Below are positions 1-12,900 of a stretch of 64,000 bases of DNA, piece by piece. The notes below the pieces were generated by a model. The model did no database searches and had not been told where the DNA came from. It saw only the letters and a list, made by a program, of their open reading frames with translations. The stretch covers positions 9,610,001 to 9,674,000 of the forward strand of contig CM102289.1 in the NCBI GenBank assembly GCA_046563655.1. Reading direction: 5' to 3'. The translations under genes and the position numbers were made by a program. How positions within the stretch are numbered: position 1 is the first letter of the stretch; each line of letters opens with the position of its first letter. The stretch is from Yuukianura sp. NJ FZ-2021. Lineage: Eukaryota.

Positions 1-73
1 TAGAACCTTCGCGAGTTTGCCGAAGATAAGCCGATTTGGTAATGTGATTTTAAAATTTCAAAATCAGCTGATC

Positions 74-450
74 AACTGGGAAGCGAGAACTGGGAACCGC
101 GCACTGAGTACTGGGAACTGGGAACCGCGCACTGAGAACTGGGAACCGCGCAGCGAGAACTGGGAACCGCGCAGCACAACTGGGAACCGCGCAGCGACAA
201 CTGGGAACCGCGCACTGAGTACTGGGAAGCGGGTACCGAGTACTGGGAACCGCGCAACGAGAACTGGGAACTGGGAACCGAGTACTGGGAACCGCGCACT
301 GAGTACTGAGAAGCGGGAAGCGAGTACTGGAAAACGCGCACCGAGTACTGGGAACCGGGAATCGAGTACTGGGAACCGCGCACCGAGTACTGGGAACCGC
401 GCACCGGGTACTGGGAACCGCGCACCGAGTACTGGGAACCGCGCACTGGG
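74..450. repeat. GC-rich minisatellite, ~21-bp unit (AGTACTGGGAACCGCGCACCG) built from 7-bp subunits
   Basis: ACTGGGAACCGCGCA recurs every 21 bp (variants of 7/14/28 bp). The repetitive ORFs on both strands are by-products of the repeat. Confidence 0.95.
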
Positions 451-1023
451 CATCGAGTACCGAGCAGTGGTAAGTGATTTGGCCCTTTTACGCTTCCGTA
501 TGAATGTGATGCACCCAAAATCTTTGCACTTGTTTCTGGCTCAACTCGAGTCCGGCTCGTTCACACCGTAGTCATTCGCTAATTCAGAAATTCAGGCTAC
601 GACTATAGCAGACAATACACCGATACGAAACAATAAAAACTTCACATAAAAATCAGACATGCGATGCGAAAGTTAGTCTTGGAAATGGGCAAATGGAAAC
701 AACACTTTTGATCGGTTGCATTTACATTTTTAATGCATTTATAACTTTGTTTCATAAACAGTAAAACAAAAAGTAAAAATTAGTTACATTGCTTTCAATT
801 AACTACGTTTAAGTCTCACCTAACACTAATTCCCTACTAAGTAGAAAACAAATCGTTTTGACGTAATACAGTAAAAGTAGCCTCTGACGGACGGACAAAC
901 AGAAAACATCCACGATGTAATTACCTGTATGCAGGGTATCAGTGGCAAATAAACATAAACATAAACATAGTTAAATTCATAAAGTAGGTTTCTGTTACTA
1001 AAAAAAGTTAGGAAACACTCAAG

Positions 1024-3111
1024 TTAAAGTTTGAGTCTGCAGTTTTCATGAAGTAGAGGAATAATGAACAGTTTTGTTGACCACTTGGTCCCGATGCTGC
1101 CGACTACGATTTCAGCGTCGTTTACATCGAACACAAAGTCTGCCAGATCTTCCTGCGGAATCTTAATCCTCGGAAACCCTTGAGGCACAATTTCCAGTAT
1201 CTTTGTCCACGTCTGACTGTCAAAGAAGTGAAACGTAAAGTTTGGTGGGTCGGATCTCACTTCCATAATGACAAGGGCGTCCACTTGACCTCCGGAACCA
1301 GTAACAATCCGAACATCATCTTCATCCAGTAAATATTCTGTATATTTGATTCGGTTGCGTTCACGAGCTGACCTCCTTATGGCTGTCTCTGATTTGGGAC
1401 AAACCGAAAGATTCTCTCCATACTTCATGTAAAATTCTTGGACCAACTCAGGTACAGGTTCAGTTGGCGCGTCAGAGTGAAGGCCGTTTTTGATCCGTCG
1501 AACCCTGGCGACACTATTACCAGTAAAGTTCAACAGTTAAAGATAAGTAAAAGTTTGAAAGTTTTTATGCATTGAGCGGAGAGATTGATTGCTCGAGTGA
1601 CTTACCAGACTTCATTTTTGGAGCAAAATATAACTCGACTGGGAGCAGCATTCATGAAAGCAACATTGCCACCAGTCTCCTCAGTCAAAACCGCTGTATC
1701 CTGTAGATACTTTAGTATATCCGGTTGATCTTCCCCCACTGCTATGCGTTTATTCAGGTTGTATAGGTCAAAAACCTGCAGAATTTCAGTGTTTAGAGTT
1801 GAGCAATTTGGATTTCATGAAAAAGTCATTTGTCAAGAGCAGCTTACTGATCCTTGTGCGATGAAGTACGGAAGTGGAGGATACAAGGACACTCCCAGCA
1901 CGAGATCAGATCCAGTTCCAGTGTTTTTAACTGGAATTCCTCCTTCTAGAGAATGAACAATGTGAGATACAGCTACTCCTTCAGTGCCATGGCCATTTTG
2001 AGATACAGGTTCCACTGAAACATGCTATTAAACAAAGTGAAGCAATTAACAATTTAGCAGAACTTAATTAATGCTTATATATGCTTACAGTAGTTGCTGT
2101 TTGATCGTTGAGGAGATTAAATAACTTCCATATTTTAACGTGATTTGAGAAGTTCAGTACAAGCAGGTCATGAACACAAGAAATATCTTTAGGCTTTGCT
2201 CCAGAAATTGCACCACTTTTGATCTACAAAACAAGAAGTTATAAACAGTAAGTCGACGTTTCCTCAATCGTTGAGTAATCGTTTCTTACTTGAAATCGGA
2301 TCCGGCTTCGTGGGTCCAGAATGTCGAATTGAATGGCATCGAACAGTATGTCTCCCGGTAAGGACGCTCGAATGCTGGATAGAGTAAGTTTTCTGGTTTG
2401 TTCGGATACTAAAACTTCGCCGTACCTCACAACATTGCCAAGATGAACTTCTTCGTGGTACGTTTTTCCATTGTCCAGGAAAAATGAGTTGAGCTTGTCA
2501 CCCGGTTTGGACAAAGTAAATAGCAGTACACCCAAATGCTTTATTCCTGGAACTGGGTGATCGAACGGTGGATTCCATGTCTCCCATTCCTTCCATTTCT
2601 GAAAAGTTGTAATGTGGTATTTCTTGATCAGTCTGCCATTCTGAGGGGTTGAATTGTAGCAAGTGTAGCCATCACTCTTGTGTACAAATATCATGTCGGT
2701 GATCCAAAATACTTTCTTCCTTCCGGCAGACGCAGCATGACTATCGACAATCTTAACAGTACCCTTTCGCGTTTCTTCAACTACTGGTTTCTTGCATCTA
2801 GATTTGTTAGACTTAGATTTCGCTTTCACCTTGACTCTTGGAATAGATTCCTCCACATGGGAATTTCGGGATACAATAAGTTGACGCAAAATGAGCCTGT
2901 CAAGTCTATAAAAAAAGTGAAAGTTTAGATCGTTATTTACAATGTCAAATCATGAATGCTTTTGAAAGCCTCACATGTAAGAAGTTGAAGGCACTTTTCC
3001 CCAGGTTTTCTTGAAGGGATGAAGATTGGCGATTTCTCTATTCAGAAGCGTCCGAACGACATTCGGGGAATCGGTTCGTTCCAATCCTTCCAGCAGTGAC
3101 ACATGCGACAT
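1024..3111 (-). CDS. DCAF17-like (DDB1-CUL4-associated factor) protein, multi-exon
   Basis: Spliced model starts MSHVSLLEGLERTDSPNVVRTLLNREI...LILRQLIV. Later segments DISCVHDLLVLNFSNHVKIW, LGVSLYPPLPYFIA, VAFMNAAPSRVIFCSKNEV and RRSARERNRIKYTEYLLDEDD fall in the same order as motifs I recall from DCAF17. GT-AG introns, in phase where checked. Confidence 0.55.
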
Positions 3112-3453
3112 GATTCGGCTCTCGGCTGTTTTCGAGGACTAGATCCGCAACAACCCACGTTACAACGGTAACCTGTTGTAAGCAAGGTCAGTTTCTAATA
3201 TTAGTACAAAGTTTATTGTAATCAATTACTGAAAATAATTATTAATCTCACCAACTGTCCAGTCGAGCTAATTAATTGCACAATTTTACTTCATTTCATT
3301 TATGAAATAAAAACATTAGATCCAGAAAAAAAAAACAAATTGGTCGCACAAACAGTTTCACCAAACCACCACCCACCACCCACATTATAGCTGGGCACAA
3401 ATTGAATTTAATAATTACTCATTAAATTACTTAAGTTTGAATTATTAGATTAT

Positions 3454-3493
3454 TAAGTAGCGAAAGTATGAGCTACTTTATGTTTTTCCCCGA

Positions 3494-3537
<44 letters not shown>

Positions 3538-4940
3538 GCTGGTCAAGCTAGCGCTGGAACCGCTGGACCGATTTTCAATCTGTCTTTACAGATGAACTTG
3601 ACCTGGTCTGGGGGTGAACAATCGGTGACCCACTTGACCGGAAGTAGACCCCTTAAGGGTCATAGGTCAAGGTCAAATGCATTTTTGACAGAAATCGAGA
3701 AATTGACCTCTACAAAAGTTGTTCATCTCATCGAACTGAACAACTTTTGTATAGGTGACCTTGACCTTTGACCTGGGGTTCTGGAGATATAGACCTTATA
3801 AGTTGCATAATGGGGTCGCTCGTGCTATTCGCGTCTATAACTCCAGAACCACTGGAGCTATTTTCAATCTGTCTTCACATTTCTACTTCACATATTCCAG
3901 GGGTGTCTAATTAGTGTCCAGCTTGACCGGATGTTGTCCAGGTCCGGGTCAAAGGTCAAGGTCAAATACAATTTTGACAGAAATCGGGAAAATGACCTAT
4001 ACAAAAGTTGTTCATCTCATCGAGACCAACAACTTTTGTATAGGTGACCTTGACCTTTGACCTGGGGTTCTGGAGATATAGACCTTGGAAGTTGCATAAT
4101 GGGGTCGCTCGTGCTATTCGCGTCTATAACTCCAGAACCACTGGAGCTATTTTCAATCTGTCTTCACATTTCTACTTCACATATTCCAGGGGTGTCTAAT
4201 TAGTGTCCAGCTTGACCGGATGTTGTCCAGGTCCGGGTCAAAGGTCAAGGTCAAATACAATTTTGACAGAAATCGGGAAAATGACCTATACAAAAGTTGT
4301 TCATCTCATCGAGACCAACAACTTTTGTATAGGTGACCTTGACCTTTGACCTGGGGTTCTGGAGATATAGACCTTGGAAGTTGCATAATGGGGTCGCTCG
4401 TGCTATTCGCGTCTATAACTCCAGAACCACTTTACCGATTTTCAATCTGTTTCCACATTTACGTTTCACATATTCCAGGGGTGTCTAATCAGTGTCCAGC
4501 TTGACCGGAAGTTGTCCATGTCCAGGTCAAAGCTCAAGGTCAAATACTTTATTTACGGAAATCGAAAAAATGACTTCCACAAAAGTTGTTTATCTCATTG
4601 GGCTGAACAACTTTTGTAAAAGCGACCTTGACCTTTGATCTACGGTTACAGAGATACAGACGATAGAATTTGCAAAATTGCGTCCCTCGTCCTACTCGGG
4701 GAAGCATGACCTAGTTTATGTTTTTCTCCGAGTCCGGCTGTCTGTCTGTCTGTCCGTCTGCTTATCTGCCTGTCTGTCCGTCTTCCTGTCTGTACTATAA
4801 CTATACCTCCGAAACCCCTGGACCGATTTGCAATCTGTCTTCGTAAATCGGTTTGTCATAGCCTGGGGGTGAGGACACAATTTCCGGATTGTGTGGTCTA
4901 GCTTCCTTTCGCTACTTACGTACGGCGTTTACTACGGTTT
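3454..4940 (+). mobile_element. Non-autonomous Helentron-type element (HINE/DINE-1/MINE-like) with tandem 300-bp core repeats
   Basis: 13-bp sub-terminal inverted repeats TAAGTAGCGAAAG (3454-3466) and CTTTCGCTACTTA (4906-4918). (GTCT)n microsatellite at ~3494-3538 and a second at ~4735-4792, each followed by a ...CTGGACCGATTT... block. Near-identical 300-bp units at 3841-4140 and from 4141, with degenerate units either side. T-rich flanks. Confidence 0.8.
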
Positions 4941-5229
4941 ATTCATCATTTAATTAATCAACAACAATTTTTAAAGATCCATACGGAACAAGTGAACGAG
5001 TTATCTTTCTTTTTCTTTCCTTTATTGATCAATTGGCATATCTAACTTCAGGATAACATATCCTGCATAAGGATAAGGCGTAGATAACTTATCGTGGATA
5101 TGGTGTAACGAGTTGACTAGGAAAGTAGTAAGAGGTGTACAGACTGCTAAGACAGTAAAACGTGGAGTAGATTTACAATTAATTTGCTTAGTTGCAGAAT
5201 TGTCTTTATGTGGAACGGGAATTGATTTG

Positions 5230-5514
5230 TTAATCGACTTTGCTGTGGTTGCTTTCTGGTTTTTTAGCTGCGAAGGGACAAGAAGCCTGTAACGTCGTTC
5301 CTCCGTTGTCCTCAGCTTGTTTCTGTTTTTCCAGTAGAGACTTTGGCGTTACAATTTGGACGGTGAATACTCCAACTTGCTTCGTTGTGATAACTCTGCT
5401 TGATCCATCGTCCAAGAGTCCAAAGGGATTCCAGAAACGAAGGATGAAGGGCTGGATGTACTTGTGCCAAAGAAAGAGGAATACTGGAATGACAATACAC
5501 GGGACACACACCAT
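5230..5514 (-). CDS. C18orf32: UPF0729 / C18orf32 homolog
   Basis: N-terminus MVCVPCIVIPVFLFLWHKYIQPFILRFWNP plus a C-terminal CPF motif, typical of the family. Confidence 0.9.
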   Translation of the reverse strand: MVCVPCIVIPVFLFLWHKYIQPFILRFWNPFGLLDDGSSRVITTKQVGVFTVQIVTPKSLLEKQKQAEDNGGTTLQASCPFAAKKPESNHSKVD

Positions 5515-6192
5515 CTTCCTTACGATTCAGTCAAGGTCAACAGTCAACAACACGATTGGAAACCTTTTGATTTTGAGAGCTAATGATCAACAAGAACACA
5601 ATTATTAATTGCAAAATATGACTTAATTAACTAACATAGAAAACGATGTTACCTGATGATCAGACTCTTCTAGAAACTAAAATGACAGAATCAAAATGTG
5701 ACAATGACTTTGTAGTTTTAATTTGTAAGTGCCGTAAATAAAATTAAAATTGAATTTGCAAAAAAAAATTGAATTTACATATGAAGTTTCAAAATTCAAA
5801 ATAATTTCCCGCCAAGCAATAAAAAGAGAGAAACAATCGAGGCGTTTGTCGCTACATGGCGGTGGTGAGGAATTCTTAGATATGAAAGTTCGAATCCTTG
5901 GCTTGATTAGTGGAACAACTAATTGATTTGTGGACACTGATGAGTGTTGATTACTCCAATTTTTATTCAAATGTCAACGCCAATGGTGTGAAATATTCAC
6001 TGGATTTGAAGCCTTGTCATTCAAAACATTCATCCTCTGTCTTCCCTTCACCTTCAAACAGACAGCACAATGTTTTGAAAAGCAGGAAAAAGTTTAAAAT
6101 TTTGAAAAATTTCACACGTTTTGAATTCAAGTTAAACACAAGCAGAATCATCCATCACTTTACACCGACATCTTGGTTCAGGATTAACTAAA

Positions 6193-8169
6193 ATGGAGTT
6201 CAACTTAATTTCATTGGTTTTAGCTTTGGCTTTAGCCTTCACCCTACTCAGTTTGCGCCGAAAAATTGCAAGTAATAGGTCAAGCAAGCTAAATCCTCCT
6301 CCTCCAGGTACTGTATTGATTATAATTATTATATATTTATAATTATTATATTGTATTATTATAACTATTAGTTTTAAAAACTAATTGCTCAATTAATTGA
6401 AGGCCCTTGGGGTATTCCATTCGTTGGCTTTCTCCTTCACTCTCTCATTGGTGGAGAAAGTTATCAAAGAAAGCTATTGGCTGTGAAGCAAAAATATGGA
6501 AAAGTGGCAACTGTCAGAATGGGATCATTCAAGTAACAGTCATATTATTTATGTATTATAATAATAAATGTATATTATAATTATAAATATAATATTATAA
6601 TAATAATTCAATCAGGTGCATTTGGCTTAACGACATTCAGTTAGTGAAAGAAGCTTTTAGCAATCCAGTATGTTGCGGCAGACCTAAAATTCATGGAATC
6701 ACATCCAGAACAAACGGATTTGTTGGCGGTTTGAAACGTTTTTTAAACGATTTTTAGAATAATGACTAACTTTTTTTTTTAATCACAGGATTAATTTTCA
6801 ATGATGGTGCGGATTACAAAGAACAGCGAAGATTTGTGGTTAAACATCTCAAGGACTTGGGATTTGGATCGATGGAATGCATAATCATGGAGGAAATCCA
6901 AGAACTTACTGCACAGTTGCAAAAAAATTGCCACACGCCCATTTCCACACGCCATCTCTTCAACGTCCCAATCATGAATGTACTCTGGACAATAATGACT
7001 GGAGAAACGTTTAAACACGATGATCCAAAACTAATTGAATTAGTAGACACACTCAACCGGTAAAACTCACGAAATCGTTTTTAAAAATGTTGAATTTTTA
7101 AATTTTGAAATTCAAAATTCCCGCGTTTTGTTAGGAGTATGGAGTTAAACGGAGCAGAAAAGGCGGCATTTTTCATGCCGTGGCTCACTTACATCTGCCC
7201 TTCTCTGATTGGTTGGAAATCGTACGTCGCTGATGCCATTTTCATCTTTAACTTTTGGCGGGATTATTCAAAATCCAAATTGAAATTGTACAATAACGAC
7301 AGTTCTCCGCAATTTTTTGTTGATCACTACATCAAAGCTATCAAAAATTGCAAAGATCCGAAATCTTCATTTTGTGGAATTCGGGGAGGTCAAACTCAAA
7401 AAATGTAAAAAAGTTGAATTTTCGAAATTTCAAAATTGAAAATTTTTGACTTTTTAGAACTGTCGTTAGCTGCTACCATTCAAGATCTTTTTATAGCCGG
7501 AACTGAAACTACTGCAACGACTTTATCTTGGGCATTTTTGTACTTGGCAGTTTTTCCCGCCATTCAGGAAAAAATATTTGAAGAAATTGACCGCGTCGTG
7601 GGTCAATCCTTGCCAAATTTAACATGTCGACTAAGGTAACGCTTTCCAAAATCAAAAATTCTGAAATTTCAAAAACTGAAATTTTGAAAAATGGAATTTT
7701 TCTGGTCAGGATGCCATATACAGAAGCGTTTATCCTGGAAGTGATGCGACATGGAACACTGGCCCCGCTTGGAATTGTGCACCGAGCCACCGCAGATAGC
7801 CACCTCGGTGGCTACTTTATCCCAAAAGACTCCATCATTCAATCCAACATCTCAGCTATTCACAATGACCCTGACCTCTGGGTCAATCCGCAAAAATTTG
7901 ACCCCGACAGATTCCTTGACCTTGACTCTTCTCACCCCCGATTGGTCAAAAAAGACAACTTTTTGCCATTTTCATACGGCGGACGACACTGCATCGGAGA
8001 GACGCTGGCAAAACAAGAACTTTTCTTATTCATAACTTCGATTTTACAAAAATTTCGCATCGGTTGTGACCCGGCTAAGCCAAATCCATCACTCGTTCCT
8101 CTCGTCGGAGTTGGATCTATTCCGCAAGCACACAAAATTATGTTCACATGTAGAAATTCTTCAAGTTAA
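6193..8169 (+). CDS. Cytochrome P450, CYP2 clan, microsomal, multi-exon
   Basis: N-terminal TM anchor followed by PPPPGPWGIP. I-helix AGTETTAT, K-helix EVMR, PDRF meander and heme motif [10 protein letters not shown]. Confidence 0.95.
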
Positions 8170-8450
8170 AAAAAATTGTCGAGTTTTAAGCTGTGAGTTG
8201 CATTTTTAGCACACTGAGCACAGATCTTCAAATTCCAAAAATAGCATTTCCTCCCGAACCGAATTTCAGAATGAACCGAACAATTTTGTGCACACATTGA
8301 AAGAAAAGGTGTTCTTGTTCAAGGAAAATAATAAAATTCTTTAGAAATTCAATTTCGAAAACTTAAAAATCCAGCTCAAGGTATCACAAAACTAAAAAAA
8401 ATTATAAAATTAAAATAAAAGGTCAAAGAAATTTGCAATCGACGTTTAAA

Positions 8451-9749
8451 ATGAGCAGTGAATCCACAGAAGTGACTTTGAGGAAGGAAAATGAATCGCT
8501 GAAAGTAAGTTTTCAAAAAAAAAAAAAATTCAAAATTTTTACAAATTATGGATCCAAATTTTTGATAGTACAATTCAAAATATGGTAGGTCCAAGTTAAG
8601 GAACTGGAAACCAAATTAGAAAGTCTTGAAACCGAATTGCAACAATCGACAGAAGGAATTAAGCGTCTGGAAACACTTTGTGCTGAACTGGAAAAACAAA
8701 ATAGCACTGCAAAGGTAACAATTTGAATTAAAAAATGCCTGTTTTTTCCCAAATCTATTAAATTTTAGATAGATTTCATTAATTGAACTTAAATTTAGGG
8801 CGACGGTGTTTCGAAAATTGGTGACACTGAAAAGCAAGGTCTTGAACTCGCCGCTGAAGTGAGTGCCAGCATGGAATTTGCACAAAATGTGAACAAAAGT
8901 GTTGAAAAAACGAGTGAAGAGAACAAACAGGTAAGCCAAAGAGCAAAAATTTTCACAAAATTTTCAAAAATTCTACAACGAAACTTAAACCTGCCATTTT
9001 TTGAAGATTTGCACAGAAAATTTGGATCTCGTGGAAAAGATGCAGAAGATGCAAACGGAGCACGATGCTATCGAAGAGGTGAGACTAAAATCTTAAAAAA
9101 TAAAGGACGATGTCCAATTTACAAAAACTTCAAAATGCAAATCTTTTCAGGAAATGAAGACAATGCTGTTGGAACAGTGTGACGAAATAGTCAAAATTCG
9201 GACAGAAATTGGAGAAGTGAAGCTGCAGAATGCCAAAGACAAAGAACGTCTGTACTCTGAAATGCAGCAACTAGCCAGCACATTGCTCGCAAGTCGTGAA
9301 CAAATGAAAACAGCCAAAGAAACGGAACTCAGCCTGCGTCAACAATTGCAAAATTACGACAAGAAGTTCGAAGGGCTCCAATCCGCTCTAAGGGAAACCA
9401 ACACAGCTTACGATGGATTCAAAGGAGAAATGACAAAAGTAAGTCCATTAATCAACTAATTAGATAATTTAATGAGTACTCTTATATAAAAATCTTACAT
9501 TCATGTTAGGTTTGCGCAAGAACAAAGGAGCTGGAGAGTGAGACGCTGGAGTGGAAGGACAAATGGGCGGAGAGCAACACTTCGCTCCAAGCTGCCAATC
9601 AGGAACACAATCGTGTCCAAATTGGAATTGCCAAATCTCACGAAGGATTAGCCAAGATGACAAGTTTGTGTAGAGCACTGCAAGCAGAACGCAAGGAACT
9701 TCTGGATGCACTCAAACGTCCACAAGGAAGTAGCGAACACGGTGGCTAA
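8451..9749 (+). CDS. Taxilin-family coiled-coil protein, multi-exon
   Basis: Spliced product contains RLETLCAELEKQN, LRQQLQNYDKKFEGLQSAL...FKGEMTK and MTSLCRALQAER (taxilin signatures). Confidence 0.8.
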
Positions 9750-9945
9750 AACGAACAAATCATTGCGACGTGTTCAGTAATCTTTTCTAAAGTCCTGAAA
9801 TAAAACAAAGGGTTTATCCAAGGCACTAAACCGAGCATATTGAAGTGTTTTAGCAGAAAAAAGTATCTTAGTATTTTCTTTTTTGAAAAAGTTCTTACCT
9901 TAGCAGAACACATCAAAAACGCTTTTGCTAATAGGAGGTCAGAGG

Positions 9946-12900
9946 TCACGAAGTTGTGTCTGACGGTTGATTTCGACTAGAGTCTACTGCCTCTATCCGG
10001 GATTGTAACAATTTCAACTAAAAGGTAACAAAGACAAGTATAGGTTATGTTAAAGCTTAAGTTAAACTCAAATGATTTTCTGTCATACTTTTCTACGAAG
10101 CTTCACTTTGACATCTTCTGGAGCATTTTGTTGAAAAATTGGATTTTCAAATTGTTGCTTCAATTCGGCTAACTTTGCTTGCAATTTCAGTAGTTTGGAG
10201 TCGTCAACTTTCGGTATTTTCAATGCCGGATCAGACTGTAAAAAATCAAAACAAAATAAAAATGCGGACAGACGGACAGACAGACGGACAAAGTCGTGTG
10301 AATAGTCCGTCTCCAGAAGACTAAAAATTTTTGAAATTATCATGTGAGTTTCCTTACTCTTGCGCATGAAATACGACATGATCGACCTCCTTCCAGGTCA
10401 AAAATGATTCCGAGTGAGTCGTACGTTGGATTCCGTCCAAGAACGTCAAAGTTTAGTTTAGTTTTGGAAAGAGCTTCGATGTTGGCTTGACCTTGCACAA
10501 TGTCTTTGTCTTCTGCGTGAATTTCAATTAGAATTGAAGGATGTTCTTTCGTTCCTGGGAAATATCTGCCCTTGAACGATCTAAGTTGCTTGATAAGCCT
10601 TAGCAGTTTCTCCACTTGAGCAGTGATTTGCTCATCCTTAAACTTTCCTAAATCTGCTAAGTTCGGCTGGTTTGAATCGATCAGCAACTCTGCTTTTTCA
10701 TTCAAAACAGACCAAATCTCTTCAGTCACAAATGGTAAAAATGGATGTGCCAATTTCAGTGTCGTGCATAACACAAAGTGCATCACTTGCAGATGCTGCA
10801 GAACGTTGACTCCTTGCTTCAACTCCAGTTTCACAAATTCCTGAAAAAAACTCAAAATCTTAAATCTTGATGATTTTTTTTTCGAAATTCGAATTTTCAA
10901 ATCTTACCAGATAAGTATCACAGTATTGAGCATAGAAAAAGGAGCGAATTCCGTCCGTGACTAGATGGAACTTGCAGTCTCTGATGTTCGTTTCATATTT
11001 TTTGGCAAAATCGTACAAAGATGAGAGAATCCATCGGTCTATCATTGGCAACTGAGAGTATTCAACAGCTTTGAAATTTTGTATCTCGTAGGAGGAAAGT
11101 GAAGATTCTTCGGTGTAGTGCAAGTACAGTCTCATCGCTTGCCATAACTTGTTGCAAAAATGTTTACAGTTTTCCAGGTATTCTAAGTTAATTGTAACGT
11201 TTTCATCTAAAAAATTTCAAAATACGACATCATCAAAATGTAATTTAAAAAAATTTTTTTTTTTTGAAGTTGTAAATTTACCGTAAATATCTTGACTGAG
11301 TAAAGCAAATCGTAACGCATCGGCTCCACAAGACGGCAATCCTTCTGGGAAGTCTTTTTCGAGTGACTTAGTTTTTAAATTGAACTCCGTCAAAGTAAGT
11401 TCGCCCGACTCTAGAAACTTTTCGGCTTCGGCTTTCAACGACTAGAAGAGAAAAAGTTTGGAAATCTTGAAATCTTAATTTTGAACATTGGTTGCTCAAG
11501 TAGTATTACCTGTGAATCTCGTCCTTCAATTATATGCATGGGGTCTAGCACGTTTCCTCTGGATTTTGACATTTTTCGTCCATAGTTGTCCACAACGACT
11601 CCGTGGAGCAGAACACTTCGAAACGGCAGTTTGTCAACAATTGCTAAATTCATGATCATCATTCTCCATACCCAAAACAGCATAATGTCATGTCCAGTTT
11701 CCATCAAGCTAATTTCTTTGAAATCCTAGAATTCGAATTCGGAACACTGAATCCATGAATCCATTTTTTCGCAAAATTTTCAAACAATGTTCAACTTACG
11801 TTGACCTCCGGCCAATTTGAGATAGCCAAGGGAATTAGAGCTGAACTGAACCACGTATCTAGGACGTCTGGATCTTGGCAAATTTCTTCCTCTGAAATCT
11901 CAATCCCTAACTTCACTATCAACTTGTTCATGGCACTCTACAAAACCGAAATTTAAAAAAAAAACTTGCGAAATTAGTGAAATTCTGACAGTAAAATTCT
12001 GAAAAGTAAAATGGCTTACCGTTTTGCTTGAGGCGGTGACCCACTGGTTAGGAAAATCCTTGTGAAAATACGCTGGAATTTGGTGGCCCCAGCGTATTTG
12101 GCGTGATAAGCACCAGTCACTACAAATCGCGAGAAAGTTTAGATTTAGAAAACGCTAATTTTTCGATTACTTATTTGAGTATCTAAGTTCACTCACTGCA
12201 TTTTTGGAAGTTGAAGAAGGAAGGCATCTTGGATGTTCTGTGGACGTATGATGAGTACACCTTGATTGATGCACTGAGCAACTTTTTGATTGAACAGTTC
12301 CGTTTGGAAGAACCAATGAGGATGAACTACTGACTCTATGATGTCTTGTGTTCGACTGCATGTTCCGATAGATCCACTATACTCTTGCACGTCCACTAAA
12401 GCACCGGAATCCTTCAAATGTGCTATAACTTTTTGTCTGGCTGTGAATCGAGGAATTCCCTGTGCAACAAAAAGTAATGCTAACCGACTTTCTTGAACTT
12501 TTAATATGTAATTGACAATTGTGTGACTAAATAACCTTAAATTCTCCGCAGTTCTCATTCAGCGCACCGTCAGCATCGAAGATTTTGATGAAAGGCAACT
12601 TGTGGTCAACACCGATAGCGAAATCCAGCTTATCATGAGCGGGTGTGATTTTTACCAAACCTGTCAAAAAAATTGAATTAGTACTTTTTCTGTAATTTGT
12701 AAAGTGTGCTAAGATGACATGTCCAACCTGTTCCAAAATTCATTTTGACACGAGAATCCCCGATGACACTAAACGTTTTCCCGTTAATGGGGTTTACCAC
12801 CGTTTCCCCGATAAATGCAGAATTTTTTGGATCTTCCGGATTCACTGCCACTGCCACATCGCCAAACATCGTTTCTGGTCTAGAAGTTGCAACTATCAGC

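Noticed and set aside
17..571. Long repetitive ORFs on both strands
   Set aside because: Products of a stop-poor 21-bp minisatellite. The + strand ORF lacks an ATG start and there is no splice context.
3540..4700. CRISPR-like appearance of palindromic repeats
   Set aside because: The intervening sequences are identical rather than unique spacers, the period is 300 bp, the context is eukaryotic and there are no cas genes.
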